Positions 53,164-58,566 of a stretch of 58,566 bases of DNA are shown here, one piece after another. The number at the start of each line of letters is the position of its first letter. The stretch's first letter is position 1. The DNA is from a virus (Duplodnaviria; Caudoviricetes). Location: positions 1 to 58,566 of the IMG/VR virus record IMGVR_UViG_3300044648_000159, one strand, 5' to 3'. The position numbers were made by a program, and so were the translations under genes. The notes beneath the pieces are model-generated. The model was not told the DNA's origin. It did not search any database and was given only the letters and a program-made list of their open reading frames with translations.

Positions 53164-54084
53164 TCATACAGTCATGCTCCCAATAAACAGCATCGGCTGG
53201 TCGGACTTGTTGCGCATGAACTGACCACTTCGATGCACAAACATCGGAACCCTGCCTATCCAGTTCGCCGGGCGGATGCCGCGGTTCTTCGCCACGATCA
53301 GCATTCCATCAGGCGCATCGAATGCCTTGTCTTCGTTGATGTCGCGCCACACGATGAACGTGTGATGTGACTGATCGACCAATGCGCCGGTGCCGCGGAT
53401 CGACTCACGCCCTGGCACCTGCGTTTCATCGACCTTCACGATGTGATGCACGAGGTGGATGTGGATGTTCAGCTGCATCGCGTAGTTCGTGAGCTGATTA
53501 GCGAACACGCGCTGCCCTTCGTAGTCGTCCTGTGCGAGCCCTGTGCGCATCAGGCTGTCGAGGATGAAGTGCGTGCAGCGCTTCTCTCGGGCGGCGTAGG
53601 CGATCAGTGCGAGCACCCGCTGCGGATCCATCATCCGCGTCTGGTTGTACAGCCAGATCTTCCCTGATGCCCAATTGCACGCAACGTCGATGTAGTCATC
53701 ACACTCGCGTACGTCGACGTCAGGGATCGCCAGCTGCGTGATATCGGCCATCGTCTCTTCAGGCTGCTCCTCCAGGAAGGCTCCGCACACCTTCTCGCCA
53801 CAGCGAGCCAGATGGATCGCGAACTGCTTCAGCATCGCTGACTTGCCGTGAAAGTTGATGCCGGCCCAGATGCTCAGCTGGCCGCCAGGCAAGCGAACCT
53901 TGTCGTGCAGTCCAGCCCAAGGAAGCGTCGCCCCTTGTCTCGCTCCCCGACCATGGAGCACATCGCTGATGCTTGTCACCAGCGTTCGCGGATCGACGAA
54001 ACGCTGTGTGTCCTCCTCGGTGAGCACGTACCGATCCCAGTCGATCGGAGTCTCGCGGATCAGAATTTTCCCGAGTGGATTCAT
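53164..54084 (-). CDS. DnaB-like helicase (C-terminal domain only)
   Basis: Walker A GINFHGKS, FILDSL, HIHLVHH, IRGTG.L.D, V.KNR. Confidence 0.85.
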   Translation of the reverse strand: MNPLGKILIRETPIDWDRYVLTEEDTQRFVDPRTLVTSISDVLHGRGARQGATLPWAGLHDKVRLPGGQLSIWAGINFHGKSAMLKQFAIHLARCGEKVCGAFLEEQPEETMADITQLAIPDVDVRECDDYIDVACNWASGKIWLYNQTRMMDPQRVLALIAYAAREKRCTHFILDSLMRTGLAQDDYEGQRVFANQLTNYAMQLNIHIHLVHHIVKVDETQVPGRESIRGTGALVDQSHHTFIVWRDINEDKAFDAPDGMLIVAKNRGIRPANWIGRVPMFVHRSGQFMRNKSDQPMLFIGSMTV

Positions 54085-54404
54085 GCTGCCTCCCAGACAT
54101 CAACGGCCGGCGTGCGGTTCGTGCTCACGGTGAGCTTCACAGGGTTCGCGTCGAGCAATTTCGCGGAGAAGTCCGCAAGGTCAGATGGCGCTGGGTTGCG
54201 CAAAATCAGGTACACCCACAGCCCTGCAAGCGGCGACCAGTCGTGGTCATGGTCACGCGCATTTCGCACGCGGATCGTCAGCGCCCCGACGTCGTCTGTG
54301 AGGCGCGATGCCCATGCCCAGTCGTCCATCACGAACACGGCGAGCTGGGGGGCCTGACCACGCTGTCGGAGTTTCGCGAGGGCTCGGAGTTCGTACGGCG
54401 TCAC
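54081..54404 (-). CDS. Hypothetical protein between initiator and helicase
   Basis: 107 aa; DWSPLAGL.V; coupled overlaps. Confidence 0.65.
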   Translation of the reverse strand: MTPYELRALAKLRQRGQAPQLAVFVMDDWAWASRLTDDVGALTIRVRNARDHDHDWSPLAGLWVYLILRNPAPSDLADFSAKLLDANPVKLTVSTNRTPAVDVWEAA

Positions 54405-55246
54405 GACAGCGCCCCCTTGTAGCGCGGATCATCCTGCCAACTGTTTGGCTTCGACGAGTCCGCCAATTTGAGGCCCCTGTCGATGTGCTCCGCGTCTCTG
54501 AGAAACAACTCGATGCTGTCGTAAACGGTTTTCTGTTCGTTTTGCCCCATGTGATGCGGCGAACGTTTGTAGCCGCTGATCGACTGGCATAACTGTTCAG
54601 CCGTGTATGCCTTCAGCGCGACGCGGATCACCTTCAGCCGTTTCTTGTCCAGCTGAGCCTTCGGATGTTTGTGCTCTTGCCTCCAGTGATCGAAGACTGC
54701 TTGCACATCGGTCGGCAACGCCGACGAATGTCCGTTATGGTTCTTATCCTGATCCTGATCCTGATCCTGATCCTGATCCTGATCCTGGCTTCGATGGGGC
54801 TTTGAAGGCCCTTCCGAGGGGCTTGTGTTTTGACCATGTTCGATGAGGCAGAAAGCCTTCCCGTGAACAGCCAAAAACCTTGTTTTTAACTGACTTGGCA
54901 TCTTCTCAAGCTCTTTCCTGAGCCACGGCACACGCTTGTCTTTCGGGTCGAGCGCCTCGGCGATCTGATGCGCGGCCATGTTGATGACGAAAACCGTCTC
55001 AGAAGCCTCTTCGTACTCGCAAAATGCCTCATCTATGAGCCTTCGAAGGCCCTTCGATGCCCCTTCTGCCGAGAGGCCGGTCTCATGCGCCATGTACAGA
55101 ATCGGGCAGTGATAAACGCCGGTTGCTGTGGCATGTGGACTGGTCATCAGGTAGGTCGCGAGGATTTGCGCTTCTGGGTGACCGCGCAGATTCTTACCGG
55201 TGGCGCCGATCCAAAATCGAGGGGAAATAATTCCGTAGTCGCGCAC
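54401..55246 (-). CDS. Replication initiator protein
   Basis: MRDYG.ISPRFWIG.TGK..YLMTSPHA..G.Y; (DQ)n linker; VFDHW C-terminal domain. Confidence 0.85.
   Translation of the reverse strand: MRDYGIISPRFWIGATGKNLRGHPEAQILATYLMTSPHATATGVYHCPILYMAHETGLSAEGASKGLRRLIDEAFCEYEEASETVFVINMAAHQIAEALDPKDKRVPWLRKELEKMPSQLKTRFLAVHGKAFCLIEHGQNTSPSEGPSKPHRSQDQDQDQDQDQDQDKNHNGHSSALPTDVQAVFDHWRQEHKHPKAQLDKKRLKVIRVALKAYTAEQLCQSISGYKRSPHHMGQNEQKTVYDSIELFLRDAEHIDRGLKLADSSKPNSWQDDPRYKGALS
54746..54787. repeat. (ATCCTG)x7 hexamer tandem repeat encoding (DQ)n
   Basis: Seven perfect copies. Confidence 0.95.
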
Positions 55247-55434
55247 TAACGCAATCCCCTCTCGCGTTCCATCTGCTCGACTCGGTCGCGTGAGCGCAGA
55301 GCATGCAAGCGCGTCAGCTCCAGCCACGTCACTCGGTTCTCATCAGGCGAGCGATCCTCGCGCAGGAGATCGGCCTGGTGATCGATACGACGCTCCAGTT
55401 CGATATCCGTGTCTTGTGCTTCTGGGTTGATCAT
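55246..55434 (-). CDS. Hypothetical protein
   Basis: Ends RS...VEQMERERGLR, typical upstream of phage initiators. Confidence 0.65.
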   Translation of the reverse strand: MINPEAQDTDIELERRIDHQADLLREDRSPDENRVTWLELTRLHALRSRDRVEQMERERGLR

Positions 55435-55828
55435 GACGCGATAGTCGCTCGAACCTCATATCGCGACCCACACGACTGCTCACTCTGGTCGCTCCCAAAA
55501 AGAAGCCGCCCGTTTCCAGGCGGCGAATGGGGGAACGAGGAAACAAATGGCTGCGCCACACAACGAACTTTCGGCGCAAACTGTGAACTGCCTAGCGAAA
55601 ACTGTCGGGATGCTTTTCGCGTTTGAGGCGAACCCTTAAGCCGTTGACATCGCATCGATGACGACGCATCAGACCCTGCGTGTTTTCCGCTAGTGGGAAC
55701 CTCTTGCAGAGAAGTTAAGTCAGGATTACAAAACAAACGTACGTCGAAAAACACGGATGAGCGGGCGGATTCTTTCCCCGCACTTCCATCAGCGGAGCAA
55801 GTGATGGTGTACGTCTCTCTCATGCGGC

Positions 55829-56089
55829 TCATTTCCGCCGCACTCCGGCATCTGCCGGTCGCGCTCCACCATCTTCCGTCTCGTCTCCAAACAGTTCCGG
55901 CTGGATTCCGTTTGCCTCCAGGCGGCGCTGGATTACTTTGTGCTCATGGATTTTCTTCTTCGCCCATTCCGACAGCACTTCGCGAGCAATGGCAGCTTTG
56001 TCCTTACCAAAGGCCAGCGCCTGCGCGTCCAACATGATGTCGATGGTCTCAGTGATACCCAGACGGAAATCCTTCAGGGGGACCGACAT
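55829..56089 (-). CDS. CII-like regulator
   Basis: MSVPLKDFRLGI...AREVL..WA; directly after cro. Confidence 0.6.
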   Translation of the reverse strand: MSVPLKDFRLGITETIDIMLDAQALAFGKDKAAIAREVLSEWAKKKIHEHKVIQRRLEANGIQPELFGDETEDGGARPADAGVRRK

Positions 56090-56092
56090 GAC

Positions 56093-56293
56093 TTAGGCCG
56101 ACTGCTTCAGATCGGCTTGATAAACCGACGGGTCAACTTTGAGTTTTCCGTTGGTCGCTCGTTCAAGTCGGTATGCAGCTGCCTCCGGGATGATTTCCGG
56201 CCACTGCTGGACGGCGCTGCGCGTGTAGCCGATCGCTCGAGCAACCGCGGCTCCGTTATCGTGGAAATGGGCCAACACATCGGTCTTTCGCAT
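56093..56293 (-). CDS. cro: Cro-like repressor
   Basis: MRKTDVLAHF...VARAIG.TRSAVQQW.E.IPE..AY.LE..T.G.LK. Confidence 0.88.
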   Translation of the reverse strand: MRKTDVLAHFHDNGAAVARAIGYTRSAVQQWPEIIPEAAAYRLERATNGKLKVDPSVYQADLKQSA

Positions 56294-56303
56294 AGCACCG
56301 AAG

Positions 56304-56341
56304 GTACAGCATGCTGAACTGCCTAGTCAAGGATGCTGGAC
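56304..56341. promoter_or_regulatory. OR-like operator pair and cro promoter
   Basis: GTACAGCATGCTGAAC and GTCAAGGATGCTGGAC; minus strand TTGACT-18-TACCTT. Confidence 0.75.
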
Positions 56342-56364
56342 TGGCTGTTATCTATGCTGTGCCG

Positions 56365-56634
56365 ATGGAAACAATGGGCGATCGAATTAGACAGCTTAGG
56401 GTCGCGCGTGGGCTGACTCAGCCGGCGCTGGGCGAACTATGCGGGGGCGTCACGAAGAGTGCTGTCAGCCAGTGGGAAGACGGCAGCACCGAGAACATCA
56501 AACTAAAGACGTTTATCCGTCTGTGCGAAGTGCTCCAGACGGACCCTCAATATCTGATCTGGGGCGCGGATCGCTCTCCGTCTGGGCCTCAGGGGGCGGC
56601 CGCACGCTTCCGCAAGCCCAGCATCGTTCGTTAA
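56365..56634 (+). CDS. CI-like repressor (HTH only)
   Basis: MGDRIRQLR..GLTQ..LG..GVTKSAVSQWE.G; divergent from cro; 89 aa, no S24 peptidase. Confidence 0.85.
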   Translation: METMGDRIRQLRVARGLTQPALGELCGGVTKSAVSQWEDGSTENIKLKTFIRLCEVLQTDPQYLIWGADRSPSGPQGAAARFRKPSIVR

Positions 56635-56783
56635 CGCATGCATGTTCTGGCGGGTGCGGAAACTGCACCCAGATCACATTGTCGGTTCGAAAGACCCTGG
56701 GCCGCCTTGACGGCATAACTCACCCGCTGTTGTCAACTGTGTAGTCCCGGAGACATCCCGGACCACTTTATAACGCCTATTCA

Positions 56784-56823
56784 GTCCAGCATGCTTGACT
56801 CCGGGTTTAGCTTGCTGTACAAA
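56784..56823. promoter_or_regulatory. OL-like operator pair and early promoter
   Basis: GTCCAGCATGCTTGAC and GTTTAGCTTGCTGTAC; plus strand TTGACT-17-TACAAA. Confidence 0.75.
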
Positions 56824-56868
56824 GTCACCCATGCCAACCAACACCGCCAAGCGCATCGGGAGACAGCT

Positions 56869-57033
56869 GTGACCAACGCCGAGAAACAGAAGCTCATCGA
56901 GCGACTGCGCATCATGCGCGATCGGCTGCGAGCGCCGAAGCCTGCTGACATGGACGCGCTCGCGTTCTACGCGCGCCTGTGTGGCGCTGCTGCAGTGCTG
57001 CTCGACGACGCCCTTATCACTTTGAGCAGCTAA
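56869..57033 (+). CDS. Hypothetical protein
   Basis: GGGAG RBS, GTG start. Confidence 0.5.
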   Translation: MTNAEKQKLIERLRIMRDRLRAPKPADMDALAFYARLCGAAAVLLDDALITLSS

Positions 57034-57050
57034 CAGATCGGGAGCTAAGC

Positions 57051-57449
57051 ATGGGCACCAACTACTACTGGTATGAAACAGATATTTGTGCGCACTGCCA
57101 CCGCAGCGGCGAGCGCAAACACATTGGCAAGTCATCTGCAGGGTGGGTGTTTGCTCTGCATGTGTATCCAGACCAGGGCATCAACGATCTGAACGACTGG
57201 ATTGATCGGTTCTACGAGTCCCCCAAGATCGCCGACGAGTACGGGCGCACCGTATCCATAGCCGAGATGCTGGAAACAATCTTGTTACGTGGCCGTAAGG
57301 GCGGTCACCCACCGAACTTTCCATGGGCTGAAAACTACGCCACTCCAGGTCCTCGCGGTCTAGTACGAGCGGATATGAAACGCCCATTTGGGGGAACCGT
57401 TCGCCATGGTGCCGGAACGTGGGATTGCCACACCGGCGATTTCAGCTGA
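57051..57449 (+). CDS. Hypothetical protein
   Basis: MGTNYY...C.HC....HIGKSS.GW.F..DEYG. Confidence 0.75.
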   Translation: MGTNYYWYETDICAHCHRSGERKHIGKSSAGWVFALHVYPDQGINDLNDWIDRFYESPKIADEYGRTVSIAEMLETILLRGRKGGHPPNFPWAENYATPGPRGLVRADMKRPFGGTVRHGAGTWDCHTGDFS

Positions 57450-57485
57450 GCCGCGCACAAATCACACCCTGAGTAGGAAACAAAC

Positions 57486-58067
57486 ATGCAAGCACATAAG
57501 GTACCCGAATCTCTTGCCGCGCTGATGATTGCCGGACTTCCTGGTGCGGTCGAGCGGCAGGAAGCTGCCGGTCAAGCCGAGCTTTGCCGTACTGAAGTCC
57601 TGCCAAAGGACTGCCCTCGCGCCGAGCTGGAGAAGTTCGGTGTGGTGTTCGGCACTGACCACGACGACCTGTTCGTGAACGTCACACTGCCAGCCGGGTG
57701 GAAGAAGCAGGCTACCGACCACTCGATGCACAGCGATCTTCTTGACGAGAAGGGCCGCAAGCGCGGCTCCATCTTCTACAAGGCGGCATTCTACGACCGG
57801 AACGCTGACATGCACCTTGTTAGACGCTACACCGTAGACAACCACTTCTCGTGTGACGAACAAGGCAACCCGGCCGAGTACGGCAAGCACACGCATCTGA
57901 GAACGGTCGTCAAGGACGGCGCGGTAGTCATCAAATCGTTCGATATTCGGCCGAAGGACTACAGCCGAGATAACTACAAGCTTGCCGAACAACATCAGAA
58001 AGACGCCTGCGCCTGGCTAACCGAACACTTCCCGAAGTGGGAAGACGTTACGGCGTACTGGGACTAA
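57486..58067 (+). CDS. Hypothetical protein
   Basis: LP.GW...TDHSM.S.L.DEKGR.R.SIFYKAAFYDR.A. Confidence 0.78.
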   Translation: MQAHKVPESLAALMIAGLPGAVERQEAAGQAELCRTEVLPKDCPRAELEKFGVVFGTDHDDLFVNVTLPAGWKKQATDHSMHSDLLDEKGRKRGSIFYKAAFYDRNADMHLVRRYTVDNHFSCDEQGNPAEYGKHTHLRTVVKDGAVVIKSFDIRPKDYSRDNYKLAEQHQKDACAWLTEHFPKWEDVTAYWD

Positions 58068-58088
58068 CTCCTAGAGCGAGACCGAACG

Positions 58089-58316
58089 ATGTACGAAATC
58101 GAGAAGAACGTTCCGATGCCATCTAACCATGGTCCTAAGCCTGCCTATCCGTGGCGGACAATGGAAGTTGGCGATTCGTTCTTCGTCGCGGTCGACAAGA
58201 ACAGTCAAAGGCATCGGAGCATCTGCGCTCAGTCCAGCATGGCTGGCAAGCAGCTTGACAGACAATTTACAACGCGTTGGGTCGACGGCGGCGTCCGAAT
58301 CTGGCGCACCAAGTGA
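58089..58316 (+). CDS. Small putative DNA-binding protein
   Basis: IEKNVPMP...YPW..MEVGDSFFV...GVRIWR. Confidence 0.75.
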   Translation: MYEIEKNVPMPSNHGPKPAYPWRTMEVGDSFFVAVDKNSQRHRSICAQSSMAGKQLDRQFTTRWVDGGVRIWRTK

Positions 58317-58344
58317 TCATCGCACCCTCAGAGAGATAACGAAC

Positions 58345-58551
58345 ATGCTTACACACAGACGTTCGCACATCGGCGCAATCGCCGCGGCGGCCGGAATTCT
58401 GGCAGCAAGTGAGCCGCTTATCGGAAAGCCGAAAGCAGCTGTCTCGCGCACCTTTCCGAGCTGGAAGCATGACTCCGGACGGTTGGCCGCTGCCGAAGAG
58501 AAGCGAGCGCGCAAGAAGGCTAAGCGGCTGCGCGATATGCGTGGCTACTGA
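58345..58551 (+). CDS. Hypothetical basic protein
   Basis: Ends LAAAEEKRARKKAKRL. Confidence 0.55.
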   Translation: MLTHRRSHIGAIAAAAGILAASEPLIGKPKAAVSRTFPSWKHDSGRLAAAEEKRARKKAKRLRDMRGY

Positions 58552-58566
58552 TTAGCCCACACGAAC
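58440..58566. repeat. Terminal direct repeat (copy 2)
   Basis: Identical to 1-127. Confidence 0.95.

Noticed and set aside
58232-58248. Extra CI operator (GTCCAGCATGGCTGG)
   Set aside because: One extra base breaks the 16-bp symmetry, and it lies inside a CDS

Overview
The window is a complete, circularly assembled temperate tailed-phage genome of about 58.4 kb. Bases 1-127 repeat exactly at 58440-58566, which looks like an assembler overlap. The layout is lambdoid: a cI/cro switch with mirrored operators (56.1-56.8 kb); a + strand early arm (Sak4-like ATPase, SSB, DUF968, two tyrosine recombinases, SPFH protein, a dual-frame C5 methyltransferase, DUF5131, xis/int and an attP matching the 3' half of tRNA-Ala(CGC)); and a - strand arm with replication genes, a Q-like regulator, HK97-type head genes in an unusual order, a siphovirus tail with a GTA-like tip, and lysis genes. 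The most striking element lies between terS and terL (42.7-44.8 kb): a divergent HTH regulator, a Cas7/RAMP-like protein, a partner protein, and a ~460 nt non-coding array of GGY-NN pentamers in ~8 blocks closed by an intrinsic terminator. This is a candidate non-CRISPR RNA-guided system. Other notable items are a putative virion-modification enzyme cassette in the neck region, a secreted TSP1+FN3 protein, and a non-SSB protein ending in an SSB-type DDIPF tail. All family assignments come from motif recognition by eye; no searches were run.
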